The notes: a model not told the origin generated them from the sequence alone. DNA of 64,000 nt from the human T2T-CHM13v2.0 reference genome, Homo sapiens (GCF_009914755.1 NC_060926.1), one strand, 5' to 3'. Counted from the first letter of the stretch, positions 14,112-28,408 are shown. Program-made: numbers and translations.

Positions 14112-14267
14112 CTGCAGAGGATTTTTTGTGCTTATGGCGATGACGTGGTACTTGTAGTAGCACAGCTCGCAGCTCCAGCAGCCCCGCTCGCTGATCCACT
14201 TGATGAGGCAAGGCTGGTGTGTGCACTTGACAGAGCCATCACAGCGGCATGGGCTCAGCAGCTCCCC
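14112..14267 (-). CDS. MARCHF4: MARCHF4 internal coding exon (probably exon 2), RING-CH domain
   Basis: Minus strand translates [52 protein letters not shown] (52 aa, RING-CH C4HC3 ligands 3-8). Acceptor ctctccctgcag|GGG, donor CAG|gtacaa; 156 nt, phase 0-0. Confidence 0.96.
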
Positions 14268-14998
14268 CTGCAGGGAGAGAGCACAGGGTGATGAGGCTGA
14301 GACCTACAGTGGCTGGTGGGTGAGTGATGGGCGGGAGGGTGGCAGCTGCAGCCTGGTTTGGGCCACCCAAGTAGGCCACAGGCTTTGTTTGGGGGCACCA
14401 GACTCCATGGAGGAGGCCTGGGCTCCTGCACCCCCACCATGAGAGCCAAACCATGTTGGTCAGCACAACAAACGGCTCTGAGCCCCTGCTACTGCTTGAT
14501 ACAGCACAGTACTATTAATTACTAGGGTTCTACGAACATGAGCGGGCTGGTTTCTGCGGAAGCCTCTGCTGTTCACAGTGGGGTGTCAGGCTGCAGAAGT
14601 GTCTCCGTAAAGGCTCAGCCAAGAGTTGCAAACTCAAATGCCCTCAAGGACAGACAGGCAACAGAGATAACAAAAGCTAGCTAGTGGAGACTGAATTGGA
14701 AGGATCAGACCCAAGCTAAAGGGAAAGCCACCATCAGCTCTAGCCAGTGTAGATGTGGGGATCTAGGAGGTTGGACAAATGCCCTCACTGAAGGCCTGGG
14801 TCCCTCCAGCCACCCTTGGGTCTGGCTGGGGGTAGCTAGGAAGCCCAGTTTGGAGGAGTTGGAATCAGAGAGGCAGAGGACTCAACTGAGCAAGATGGTG
14901 TGAGGATTTGAAACTTCCTTTGAGTGGACGGCAGCATTGGGCTCACTCTCCAGAACTTCCCATGACCATATGTCAGATGGCCATGGCTGAAACCTGTG

Positions 14999-15224
14999 TT
15001 TTTTGTTTGTTTGTTGTTTTTGGAACAGGATCTCACTCTGCTGCCCAGTCTGGAGTGCAGTGGCACGATTGCGGCTAACTGCAACCTTGATCTTCTGAGC
15101 TCAAGTGATCCTCTGGCCTCGGCCTCCCAAGTAGCTGAAACTACAGGCATGCACCACCATGCCCGGCTAATTTTTTATTTTTTTTGTGAGATGGGGTCTC
15201 TTCATGTTGCCCAGGCTGGTCTTG
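14999..15224 (-). mobile_element. Partial Alu (J/S-like)
   Basis: Reverse right monomer plus part of the left monomer, truncated after ggctggtcttgaa. Confidence 0.88.
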
Positions 15225-16795
15225 AAATTACGGATTTCCATCTGCCTCTGTAATCATGCACTTGGCTGCAGACTATAGAATCAGCTCTTCCTTCTAAGAT
15301 TCCTGGAATCATATTTCTTTTCCATTTCAACTCCTATCATTCAAGGATCTCATTGTGGCCTGGCTGAGGTTTGGAATGTCCTTTAACACCTGGTCTACCT
15401 GTCAGCTGTTACTGTCTTCAAGATGATTCGAATGCCGCCTCCTACTGGGAGTGGTCCCTGACTTCTCCAGGTTGAGCACAGTGCTTTGAGCTCTGAGTGC
15501 CTTATGCTGAGTGACTTGGGCTCATCCCTGTTAGCACACTTGGCACATCATTATGAGGATCTATGCATATCCCTGTCTACCCACGAGAGGAGCCCCAGAA
15601 GGCAGGGTGAGGTATTCATCTTTGCACCCCTTTCCTCCAGTGCCAAGCCCTAAATAAGTTTTCATGTTTGAATAAGTACATGAAAAAATAAATCAAGTGT
15701 CTTCTCAGGTTGCCTGCACTGCCTTGAGGAACAGGAATGAGGATGCCCACTCCGTGAGAATGGGAACCACATCCATTTTGTTAACTCTGGGAACAAACAT
15801 CTTGCTCAGTGCCTGGCACTCTGTATTTGCGCAATGAATGAACTTGGCAGAAATGCTCAGGTGCTCATCCCCATGAAACCCTCCTTGGTTCCCCACTCTC
15901 CTCCTCCAATAACAACAGGCCCTCTTTGCTGTGGCTCCAGGCCCTTCCCATACCCTCTGTTATAGCACGCCCCCATTTGCTCCTCACAGGGACAATATCT
16001 TATCCATCTTTGCAGCCCTAACATCTAGTAAAGGGCCTGGTAAAGTTTGATACTCAATCCAATTTTGAGAGCTGAATGCACGCATATCTGTTTTATGAAC
16101 GAGAAGTTTTGCTTCTCTAGGACATGGCCAGCCTTTGACTACAGGTAGGCAGCCACCTCCTGGAGAGGAGAAGAAGAGGCTGGAGATGCCCACGTTGCTG
16201 GGCATTTGGCACACCCATCACGGCCTAAGGGCCCTTGTACTGAGGAGCTGCTATATGACTCTGAAAAGGAAACAGGAGGGGATGAGTGGAGAGACATGCT
16301 GGGGGAGGGGTGGAATTCCTCATTATTCGTGGCAGCATTTCCTAGGCTCATTAATTCTAACAGGATGAGCTGGGTTTGATTAATCGGATTGTTAAGCAGC
16401 CACGTCAAATTGCCCATCAGGTAAGAGACATTACTTCTGGTCCCTGGCAACGGTGCTGAATGACAGTGAAGTCTCCACGCCTTGCTTCCCAAGCAGCAGC
16501 CAAGAGACAAGGCAGGAAGAGCTGCTGCCTGGGGCACAGCTGATAACAAGACCCGGGCTCTGGTTGTGGGACCATTGGGGCTCATGGGAGCCCCCTGAGC
16601 CTCAGCATGCTAATCTGGGTGGAGAAAGGAGGAGCGTGACCTGGCCTAATCCCAGTGCCTGGCTAAGGGACAAGAGGCCAGGACTATGCTGCTTCCCCTC
16701 CAGCGAACCATTCATTTTCCTTTAGGGAGAAGAAAACCCCAAAAGACAGCATAGGGACTTGCTTCTGGCATTACAAATATTAGAAAGCAAGGATG

Positions 16796-17088
16796 GTCCA
16801 GGTGCAGTGGCTCACGCCTGTAATGCCACACTTTGGGAGGCCGAGGCAGGTGAATCACTTGAGGTCAGGGGTTCAAGACCAGCCTGGCCAACATGGCGAA
16901 ACCCCATCTCTACAAAAAATATAAAAATTAGCTGGCCATGGTGGCATGCTCCTAAAATGCCAGCTACTCGGGAGGCTGAGGCAGGAGAATTACTTGAACC
17001 AAGGAGGCAGAGGCAGAGGTTGCAGTGCCAGCCTGGGCGACAGAGTGCAACTCCATCTAAAAAAAAAAAAAAAAGAAGAAGAAGAAAA
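16796..17088 (+). mobile_element. AluS-like SINE with a small internal deletion
   Basis: Forward dimer; gcagtg|ccagcctggg lacks the usual agccgagatcgcgccactgcact segment. Confidence 0.9.
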
Positions 17089-18109
17089 TAAAGCAAGGCC
17101 AACAAACTGTTAGAAAAGTTTAACTTTGATAAAGGAAAAAGGAAGTGATGATTGGGTATTTGCTGTGGGGGTTGGGTGGAATCCAGAGAAACGAGCTATT
17201 TTAACTCTTGCATTCAGGCAAATTTTGTAGGTTATGATTTAGTGTATTTCTATATACATTTCGGGGAAAGCCCATCATCTTTTTAGTGTTTAGGGCTTCT
17301 AAAAAGCTTTCACAGGGACTCTTTGCCAACTACTGGTCAGACCTGTATGTCTCCAAGAACAACAGAAGTGGAAATGAGCCAGATGGATTCAAGCTAAACT
17401 TAGGAAGACGCTCTTTGCAGTAAGCTCTGTTAAAAGCTACATGGACACTGAGATGAATTCTCGCCCCCTCTACCCTAGTAAAATTCTCTCAATATAAGAG
17501 ATATCTCTGATTGAGGAGAAAGGTTAAATGACTCACTCAAGGTCACACGGGCGTCAGACGCTGAGCTTCACCACCCGCTGTGCTCATCCACCTTCCATCC
17601 TCTGGATCCTGCTGCCCCACCTGCACCTGTGCCTGTAAGTCTCCCCTTCTCCAGGTCCCACCCCAATTCCTGGCCCAGCTCAGACCCTCAGCCAAGTCTC
17701 CCACCATCATCCACAGTTTGGTACTTCACCATTTTCAAATGCTCTGGGATTAGAGCTGCTCCTACATACCCCCTAGAACTGAGCACATCAGCGATGTACA
17801 ATTAAGGCGTGCTTACTAATTGAACAGGCCCTAGGGTATGGGAAAGGAAAAGCCCCTCTGGTCCAGCTACTGCGGCTCCAGCATTTGGGCTGGGAGGATT
17901 ACTGTGATCTTGTTTGCAGAGCTCAGCAAACTCCACAGATCAAAGGGACTCATTAAATGCAAAGGGCACCAGACACTTCCTCAATGATCTGCTCAGAGTG
18001 CTGGGGCCAGAGACTGCCCTGGGAATGACTAAAACAAGAAAAATGGGATCTTCTCTAATCATCTGGCCCCCAAGGGACACACTGTGGGGGAGTGGTGAAG
18101 AACATGGTT

Positions 18110-18350
18110 TCATTGTTCAATTCCCAATGAGAACACGTGGACACAGGAAGGGGAACATCACACACCCAGGACTGTTGTGGGGTGGGGGGAGGGGGGAGGG
18201 ATAGCATTAGGAGATATACCTAATGCTAAACGACGAGTTAATGGGTGCAGTACACCAACATGGCACACGTATACATATGTAACAAACCTGCAGGTTGTGC
18301 ACATGTACCCTAAAACTTAAAGTATAATAATAATAAAATTTAAAAAAAAA
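18110..18350 (+). mobile_element. Short L1PA 3'-UTR insertion with a 5' inversion, inside a MIR
   Basis: L1PA 3' UTR (gggatagcattaggagatatacctaatg...aaagtataataataa) plus A-tail; TSD aagaacatggttt at 18098-18110 and 18351-18363. Confidence 0.92.
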
Positions 18351-18502
18351 AAGAACATGGTTTTGGGAAACAGCCGCTTTGTTTTTGAGTGTCTGTTCAC
18401 CAGCTGTGCAAATTTAGCCAAGTCTCTTAACCTCTCTGAGGCTCCATTTCTTCATCTTTCCGTTGCAAGTAACTCTTACCTCCTCAAGGGTAATTGTAAG
18501 GA

Positions 18503-18817
<315 letters not shown>

Positions 18818-19311
18818 TGAGATCATATATGCAAGAGTTTGACACAGTGCATGGCACAAGTAAGTCCTCCTGTTAAACTATTACAATTCTAACTCACATT
18901 TCTGTAAGAACTTTAATTTCATAGTTTTTTCTTCTGCAACTCTATTTCCTACTGTCACTCTAAGACAGGTGAAATAGATAAGGAAGGGAACGACCGCCTA
19001 AAGAAAAGAGTCAGTTGAGTCACCAAGAGCAGTAAAGATTAAAGAATTTTCTAAGAGACTCTGCCCTCCTGGGATGGATAAGGGACCCTGACTTCTAGCC
19101 CAAGATTGTTCCTTATGTCACCTTGGGGACACTGGGAGCATCTGGGGAAGCTTCTTTTCAGGGGATGCCAAACAGAAGAAGAGTGCAGGCCTCTTGCATG
19201 GGTTAAGTGGGGTCGTGCTAGAGGCAGGAGGCAGGAGGCAGGAGGTGACCCTTTTAGCCTTGGTTGTGATGGAGGTGGTGGGAGGGAGAACAGATGTATT
19301 CCGCTCACTGC

Positions 19312-20047
19312 AGTGGGAGACAATAATATGCCTCCCCAAAATACGAAGGCGTGTTGAGCTAAGACAATTAAGAAGCAGCAGATTTAGGAGAGCTCTCTGC
19401 TCTTTCTCTATTTGCATAAAAGCAGGACATAGATTTACAAAGACAAAAGTTATCCTGCCTCTCCCTCTCCATCAGGAGAACAAAGGTAAACACTGAAGAC
19501 AGCTTTAGACCCTCATCAGCCTCCAGATGACACCAGAGGAATTTATATATATCTATATATGAAAATATATAAAAATTTATATATATATAAACATATATAT
19601 ATATATTTATTTTTATTTATTTATTTTTTTTGGAGACAGAGTCTCGCTCTGTCACCCAGGCTGGAGTGCAGTGGCACGATCTCAGCTCACTGCAAGGCTT
19701 ACTGCAATAGAGGAATTTATATTAACGAGCTTTACTCACTGAAGTTCTTTTGCCCTTTGTTTTCTTCCCCACCCCCCCCCCACCCAAGTTGCTGCCCATA
19801 GAGACTCAAAGTCCTTTTCCTTTGTCTTGCCACTTCTCTAAAAATATATTGTTTTTGTTGAAGATGCTGTATTAGCCAGAGTTCTAAGCCAGTGAATTGC
19901 CTTTCATTGAAGTTTCTCCCACATGATACACACTGCATACCCTAATAAACTTGCTCGTTTTTCTCTTGTTTATCTGTCTTTTGTTACAAGGGTCTGTCCC
20001 AACTAGAAACTTGTGATGGTTGAGGAGAAATTGTTTCCCTCCCAACA
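19312..20047 (+). mobile_element. ERV1-class solo LTR (MER34-like)
   Basis: 5' ggagacaataatatgcctccccaaaatacgaagg, internal aataaa, 3' end tttccctcccaaca; 4-bp ctgc on both flanks. Confidence 0.65.
19549..19708 (-). mobile_element. 5'-truncated Alu with a (TA)n-converted tail, nested in the LTR
   Basis: Only ~70 bp of the Alu 3' end; TSD agaggaatttatat at 19535-19548 and 19709-19722. Confidence 0.85.
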
Positions 20048-20519
20048 CTGCCAATAACACAGCAAGCTGCAGACGCCAGTCTCCAGTTGTTTCTCCATTT
20101 ATAGATTTCTTTCTGTTTATTTTGAGCTTGTTTCATTTTTCACATCTTTCAGTCTGAAGGTCTTGCTTCTGGAGTCCCTAGCTTACCTGGTTGCCATGGT
20201 AGTGACAGGTAAACCAAAGACTTCCTTTTCTGCCCACACAGGTGTCAGGCATCCCTGCCACTAAGTAGAAAGAAATAAATACAGTCTAGTGTAGCAAAGG
20301 CAGTCCTGTACCATGCTGTAGTTTGGAAATCAGAGAGAATAGAAAAAGGAGACAATAGGAACACCAGCCTTGGGGTGCAGTTTAGGGGCATAATCCTTTA
20401 ATAAGACTAATATGGTGGTGAAAAGCTTGGGCTCTAATCTCAGGAAGACTTGGGTATATCCAAGCTGTTACAATCTGTGTGACCCTGGGCAAGTTGCTTA
20501 ACGTCTCTGGGCCTTGCTC

Positions 20520-21850
20520 AATTATCATTTATTCATTAAATATTTATCTACTATGTTCCAGGTTTTGTTTTAGGTGATAAGGATACTGCAGTGAATGGAA
20601 CTGACTAAAATTCTCTAGTCAAGACAGACAATAAATATGATTAAAAAGTAAACCATATATACCTAAGAGACTGTTATGTGCTATGGAGAAAAATAAGCAG
20701 GGAAAAGGGAAATGGAATAGAAAGGAGGGGGTGAGTTGAAATCCTACATAGGGTGACTGTGTATGAAGGCTTCACTCAATGGAGGTATTTGAGTGAAGAG
20801 CTGAGGAAAGTAAGGGAGCAAGCCATACAGTTATTTGGGGGCTGAGCATTCCAGACAGAGGGAATATCAAGTGCAAAGGCCCTGAGGCAGAAACATGCCT
20901 GGTATGTTCTAGGGGAACCAAAAAGGCTGGTGTCTCTGGGGTAGAGTAGTTTAGAGGAAGAGGAGCCGAAAATGAAGTTAGAGATATAACAGGGATCAAG
21001 AGTCAGGGGACAGATCAGGCTAGGCTTGTGAATCATTTTAAGGACTTGGCATTTGTGAGTGAGATGGGCAATCATGAGTGTTTTGAGCAGAGGAGAGTGG
21101 CATGATCTGATCATATTTGACAGGATCACTGGCTGCTCTATTGTAAACAGACTGGAGGGAAATAAGGGCTGGTGTTGTGTTCATCCAGGTGAGTCACGAT
21201 GGTGTTTTGGACCACTATTGTAGCAGAGGAAGTCCTGAGAAATGGTCAGTTTCAGGATACATTTTGAGGATGTAGATGTTAAGATTTGCTGATGGATTGG
21301 ATGTGGTAAGGAGAGAAGTAGAAAAGTCAAGAATGATGCTAATTTTTACCTGCACAATGAGAAGGATGGGGAGTTACCTTTAATTGAGATGAGAAAGACT
21401 GAAGGAGTTGCAGGTTTGGAGGAAAGATTGGGAGCTCAGTTTCAAAGTGTCAACTTTGAGATGCCTGTTAGATATCCAGGAGGCGATGTCACGTAAGTAC
21501 TGAGATACATGTTAATCTGGAGTTTAGGGGAAGGTCCAGGCTCAAGATATAAATTTGAGAGTCATTTGGTGTACAGATGGTGTTAAAAGCTGAGTCTGAA
21601 TGAGACAACCAAAGCAGTGAGTATAGGTAGGAAAAGGAAGGGGTGCCAGAGGTGATCGCTAGAGGATGCCAATGTTTAGAGGTCAGGAGATGTAGAAGAA
21701 CCAGCAGAAGAGACTGAGAAGGGAAGCTCAATGAGATGGCAAGAGGACATTTTTCCAAAAGCCAAGAAGACGACACTGTTTCAAGAAAACAGGGAGTAAT
21801 GGACCTTGTCAAGTGCTGCTGATGGGAACCAAGCATTAACCGTGGACTTG
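20520..21850 (-). mobile_element. Long L2 fragment
   Basis: cattcattaaatatttatctactatgttccagg..., gagcattccagacagagggaatatcaagtgcaaaggccctgaggcag..., tttgagatgcctgttagatatccag are L2 motifs. Confidence 0.8.
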
Positions 21851-24754
21851 GCAAGTTTTCTTTCTGGTTTCTTCTATTTTCTTAGTGCAATATGAAGAAA
21901 AGGCATACGCTGAGAGTGAAGATTGGCGGGGGAGGTCCTGGATGTCTGAGGACTGGTATAAAATAGTCATCCAGGAGAGTTCTAGGGCAATTAGACTAGA
22001 GAAATAAAGTATGCTTATGGGCAGCATGAAGTGTCCTTTCTATTAAAATAAAATGGCTCATCTGTGAAACTGAGGGAGGAGGGTAGTAAGAGACTCTGTT
22101 TAGCTCCATGCCTGGCACACAGTAAGCTCTCAGTAAATGCTGGCTAATAGGTAAGAGTTTATAGCAGATCTCCTCACTTCTAAGCCTACCTTCTCACCCA
22201 CTTCAAATGTTGATCAATTTTCTGGCTTCCTTTCTTTCTCCTCTCTGTAACATTTTCTTATTAATAATTCTATTGTTATAAATATTTCACAGTTCTACAT
22301 ACAAACACTTTCACAGACATTATACCAACTACTACCTCAAAAGCTAAGTGAAGCTAATAACAATTTCCTTCACTTTATAGATGAAGATAGAGAGGTTGTT
22401 ACTTGCTCAAGAAAATGGAAAAGGAGGGCTCTGGAACCCGTCTGTCCACCAAATTTACCCACATCCTCTCTGCCCATTGCAGTGACTCTTGCCTTCTGTC
22501 TCTTCTCCCACCCACAGCAGCCTGTCCATCAGACCCTTACCTTCTTTGTCCCTATGTAAGAGATGCCCTTGCTGGCTCCCCTGTTATCATATTAACACCA
22601 AGACAGAAACCATATTGTGTTTTCCTCTGAGTCCCTTTCCTCTAAACCAGTTCCTGGTTGGTAGTATTTACTGGGGATTATTTGATGTGTGTTTATGTTA
22701 GGGGGTGGGACAACATGGGGTTTTACTTCCCCTTCACACTTTATTTACAACCCCACCCTTGGTGAGGGGGAGATATCTGTTAAGAGAAAGTTAAGGGACA
22801 GAGGTTTTTGGAAGCATAGCAACCCATTAAAATTTGCTCTGAGATGGAGTCCACATTAGCAGGAAATGTCCAGTTGCCTTGTAGTTGTTCCACTGTGAAG
22901 ACTCAGAGAATCTAGAGAATCTAAAGCCTTAAAATCAGAATTTCCCCTCCAGGGTGGAGGTGGAGCCCATGTGTATTAGTGTGGGGAGGAATGGGTATAG
23001 GAGCAGAAAAATTCACTGGATTTGTGGAGAAGAATAAGGAGAGATGACAGAGAAAGTAGGAATTCTCCAGTGTCCGTATTAGATCATCTCTATGATGATA
23101 GACTTGAGACAGAAAGTACTGTTTTGTAACACTTCTTGGACTCTACATTTGAGGAACCAGCTAACAATAAGGCTTGTCAGTAACACACACACAACCAACT
23201 TTATTGGCACAACCAAACTGTGTGTGATATTGACCAACTATTTGTGTCTGTGATCCGGGTTGGTGGAAAGGGTTCGGCGGGGGAGGAGACAAAAGAGGAT
23301 CACCAATGGGGCCAGCGAATAGAAATAAGCTAGGAGAAACCAGAAGATTCCAGTGTCTTCTTCCTTCAGGACACCAGGCAGTAATTTCTTCACTCTACAG
23401 ACCTGTGGGAGGTCAATGTATCCTGGTATCAGGATCAAGAAAAATGACCTATCATGAAGACCTTCTTTCCAACAAAGATTGTGGAGGAGAGATGAATGGA
23501 GAAGGGTTTGACTCCTGCTGCCCTAGAGAATGATTAAGTGAGTTAAGTGAGTTTCCCCCTTATCTGTGGGAGACAGGCCGATTGGCAAGATGACCTTCAA
23601 AGATCCTCTATGGCCCTAGAATCCATTGCTGTTCACAGACCAGCCAATCTGAATTCTCCTCATGTGGTGTCTGATAGCGTGTGAGCAGCTCTTTGTTTTC
23701 TGGCTGGAGTCCGTCCCAGCCAATCCTTTAGCTGCACCACCCGTCCATGGCATTTCACATGCTCCCTTCCCAGCCAGCTCATGCTGGGCTTCTCGCTTCC
23801 CTCCTGATGGCACCAAGGCCAAGTCTTGGCTTCAGGAGACTAACAGTGTGTTGACACTGGCAAGAGGAAATAAGGCATTGTTGCAAGATAATTTGATTAA
23901 AAAAAGAAAGAACTCTATTACTAGGGAAAAAAGATTTAAGGCCTTAATGAGCTGTAGTTATCTACACTAAATCCAATTAACCACATAATTATTTCTAGTT
24001 CTACTCTCCTACCAGCAGCTTACTTTCACACAAACACACATACACACGTTTAATCTGCTTCCGTCTTCATGGAATATTTTCCAGCCTTTCTGCTCATCAT
24101 TTCAATGTAAAAAAAAAAAAAAACAATGTAAAAAGAGACAAGGAAAACAAACAGATCCAAGTTAAAGACTGACCTGCTCTCAGTTCTCCCCCTGGCTAAA
24201 TAGAAAAGCATAATTTAGATAAATCTTGCATGACCAGAATTGCGCTATTTGCATATGTTGGGCTGGGCCTGTTTTCAAGGTCCAGGCCACTACCCTGAAA
24301 TTTCAGGGATGCCAGGTCACCATGTTCTCTTTCTTTCCCAGAAATCAAGCCAAGGCAAAGGCACAGGCCCCCTGGCAAGTTAAGTGGCAAATACTCTTGC
24401 CTCTTACGAGCAGCCTTCCGTACACAGGCAGAGGGATCCCAGCCTCAGCTGTGCAAAACCCTCATGGTGTTCTTTGTAGGAGCTATGGTGAAATTCTTCA
24501 AAAATTAATTTTCAGTCACTGTAATTAATATTCAGTGTATTCAGGGGAAACAGCAGATGTTGCAAGTGCAAATGAGCTGTGATGACAAGTTACACTTCAC
24601 TAATGTTCCGGATCATGGCCCCAGGCACTTAGAAACACTTCTGTGTATCACTGACTCTTACAAAGCAAGAAAAGCAAGATCTTTCCTAAGAATCAATTCC
24701 AGCTCTGCCACCCTCTCAGGCTGGCAGCCATGGGCTTAAGCAATCTAAGCCTTG

Positions 24755-24915
24755 ATTTCTTGGTTCTCAGAGTTTGGCATGTGTAAGAATCACCTGGGAG
24801 GCTTGTTACGCATTCAGAAGCTCAGGCTTCACTCCAGAGATTCTGATTCCATGAAGACCCTCTCTTCTTCTCTTGAAGTAAGGTTGGCTGAGACTCATTT
24901 TGTGAAGCGCTGGAC
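24755..24915. mobile_element. MER5-like hAT DNA transposon
   Basis: ggttctcagagtttgg...aagaatcacctgggaggcttgtt...ccagagattctgattc. Confidence 0.65.
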
Positions 24916-25404
24916 CAGATACTCTTCAGCAAACCTTGTCTCCTACATTAAGACTCTTATGTATACAAAGATAAAAATAAATACTAATAGCTGAAACTTA
25001 CTGAGCACTTATCAGGTGTCCAACCCTGTATGCAAGCATTGACTGCTGGGTTCAAATCCCAGTTCTTCCACTTGCTTGGTGAGGGATGTTGTGCAAGGTA
25101 CTTACCTACTCCAAACCCCATCCACACCATCTGCAGCTATACCGCTTTGCCAGTGCTTCTGCTATTGTTGCAGCCTCTCTTGGTAGCTCACGCCTTTGAA
25201 CATGTACTAGAGGCTAGGTATTGTCCTGAGCACCTGATATGCATGGGGTGATACAGCATGGTTAGCGGGGCCTGCAGACCGAGGCTGGCTGGGTTGAATC
25301 CTTGCTGACCTGTAGTGAGTTTTCTCAGGGGTAAAGTAGGATCAAAGATACTTCCTGCCTCCCAGGTGCTCATGAGGATTCAATGGGATAACACAAGGTG
25401 AGGG

Positions 25405-25659
25405 TTTTTGTTTTTTGTTTTGTTTTGTTTTTTGAGACAGGGTCTTGCCCTGTCACCCAGGCTGGAGTGTAGTGGCGTGATCTCAACTTACTTCAGCCCT
25501 CAACTTTCTGGGCTTAAGCTATCCTCCCGCCTCAGCCTCCTGAGTTGCTGGGATTACAGGCCTGCACCACCGTGCCCTAATTCTGTTTATTTTTTGTAGA
25601 GATGGGGTCTCGCCATGTTGCCATGTTGGGATTACAGGCGTGAGCCACTGCACCCGGCT
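25405..25659 (-). mobile_element. Alu with an internal deletion, within a MIR
   Basis: Reverse Alu that jumps from gccatgttgcc to atgttgggattacagg. Confidence 0.88.
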
Positions 25660-26020
25660 GTGAGATGTTCTTAGGACCCTGTCTGAAACCTAGGGAGTGT
25701 TTATTGTGGTGTCATTGTTGGCTTTCATGTACCCACCTATCCATACTTCATCCCTTCACATGCTAACAAAAAGAGGTAGGGAGAGGACACTGCTTTCTTT
25801 GCTTGTGGACAAGGGGTGCCTTCTGTGTATGGCCTTCCCAGGCACCTCACTTTACTGCCTTGTAAATGAAGTTCATCAGTCTGAAATCTGAGAGTGTGTA
25901 TTTGCCTGGGAGCCTAGATCATGTGTGTGGGTAATAACTATGCTGAAAGCCAGTTGTCTCCAGGTGTGGCTAACAGCCCTGTTGTGTCAAGGGGAGGAAA
26001 GAACAAAACAGATACCCCAT

Positions 26021-26568
<548 letters not shown>

Positions 26569-27666
26569 CTAAGGACTCACCCCTCCCCAAGCCTTCTTCC
26601 TGCACATGTGTGTGTTTCTACCTCCTGTGACCAGAGGAAACAAACAGCATCTCCTCTCCTTACTTCCTGGCTTTCAGGTAGGGCTGTGAGCTTGTGTGTT
26701 TCTAGGAGCAACTGGGGGTTTTGTTTTGTCTGCAGAAAGTGAAAGCAGGGTCCAGAGGGTAAAATGATCTGCATTTTAAGAGCTTAGCAAGGAAAGGGGA
26801 ATGGGAGAAAGAAAAAGAAACCTCTGCCCTATCATTTTCTCTGCCCACTTTATAAAGACATTGCAGTAAACATTTAAATTGTTTTTCAATTCTTTCTCTA
26901 TGTGGGACTTGTATTTCTTCTTCATTATCAGCTTCATCATTATACTCAATTTAAACTGAAAAACCTGCCACCCAGAGAGGGCACTGGCCTTTCTGAGGGT
27001 GGCGTAATGGGGCAGCACTGAACTAGGAAAAAATTGAAGACCAAACCCTACTCTGGGCTCAGAGCACCAAAGGGTGGGTCCTGCGCCCCTGGGAGATTGA
27101 TGCCTCGTCGTTCTCACCAGGTGATAGCCGTGCCAGAGTCTGCTGGAAACCTGGCCCAGTTCTTTTCACACCTCTCAAGGAAACGTACTATTCCTGAAAT
27201 CTTGGCTCCAGTTCCCTGTCAGGAATAAGCATGCTAAGTAGAATCTGAATTACTATGGCGTGTGAATAGACTTCGGTCTGTTGACTCCAAGCTTCTGCTA
27301 AGCTGCTCCAAGTGGCTGTAGCTTCTGTCATCTTGGCAATTTTATTTTCTGTTTCAAAGAATTCTACATTCCTTACTTCTAGAGCTGGGAAGGGCCTGGT
27401 CATCAAAGGTCCTCCTCTCCTCCCCCAGCATCTGGTCAGACTGCCTACCCCCAGTCCTGGCAGATGGAAGGGAGCTCTGGGGTCTTCCTTGCTCACCAGT
27501 GCCTTCCAGTTTTCCCATTCCGATCCATATGTGAAAACCAACATGAGACAGGGCCAAAGCTCATAGAACAGCCCACACCTCTGCACTCAGGGATCAGGGG
27601 GATATTTATGGACCAGCACTGTTTCCGTCCAAAGGAGAGAGGCCATAGCCCATGGTCTTCTTCTTG

Positions 27667-27952
27667 GTTTTGTTTTGTTTTTTGAGATGGCATTTCCCTC
27701 TTGTTGCCCAGGCTGGAGTGCAGTGGCACAATCTCAGCTCACCGCAACGTCCGCCTCCCCTGGGTTCAAGCAATTCTTTTGCCTTAGCCTCCCACGTAGC
27801 TGGGATTACAGGCATGTGCCACCACACCCGCCTAATGTTTTTGTATTTTTAGTAGAGACAGGGTTTCTCCATGTTGGTCAGGCTGATCTCGAACTCCCCA
27901 CCTCAGGTGATCCACTCGGCTCGGCATCCCAAAGTAAGCCACCACACCCCTC
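27667..27952 (-). mobile_element. AluSp/Sq-like SINE
   Basis: ctcttgttgcccagg, ccgcaac and tttctccatgttggtcagg diagnostics; atggtcttctt on both flanks. Confidence 0.9.
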
Positions 27953-28408
27953 CCCTATGGTCTTCTTTTAGGAGCCATTCAGCGGCATTGGTTGAGCACT
28001 GACTCTTAGCCCTGGTGTTGAGAACTCAAGAGGGCACCTGCCCAAGAGACAGTCACAAACGAGGACACACTCTCTCAAATCCAGATGGATTCTCAGCTTT
28101 TGCCATGCTTTTTAGGCCTATATTTCACTTAATTAATAGCTGGTATATAACATATTACCTTTTTTATTTCAGATGACTAGATAGTTAAACAAGCAATCAG
28201 GACCTGCTGTTCTCAGTTATTTTCTGGGATTTGGTGACCCAACTTCATGTTCCCCATCCTCTTATGCTTCACAATTATTTAATCTTCATTCATCTTCTGC
28301 TCAACCATCCTCCATCCACCCTGAAAAGTTCTATTTTTAAATTCTATTCTCATGTCATTGATCATTTCAACAACCACTTTTTTTCCAGACTACTTTTACC
28401 AGTCTTTT

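Noticed and set aside
25612-25628. ccatgttg-ccatgttg repeat at an Alu deletion junction
   Set aside because: Adequately explained by a simple internal deletion joining similar Alu segments; too short to claim templated synthesis.
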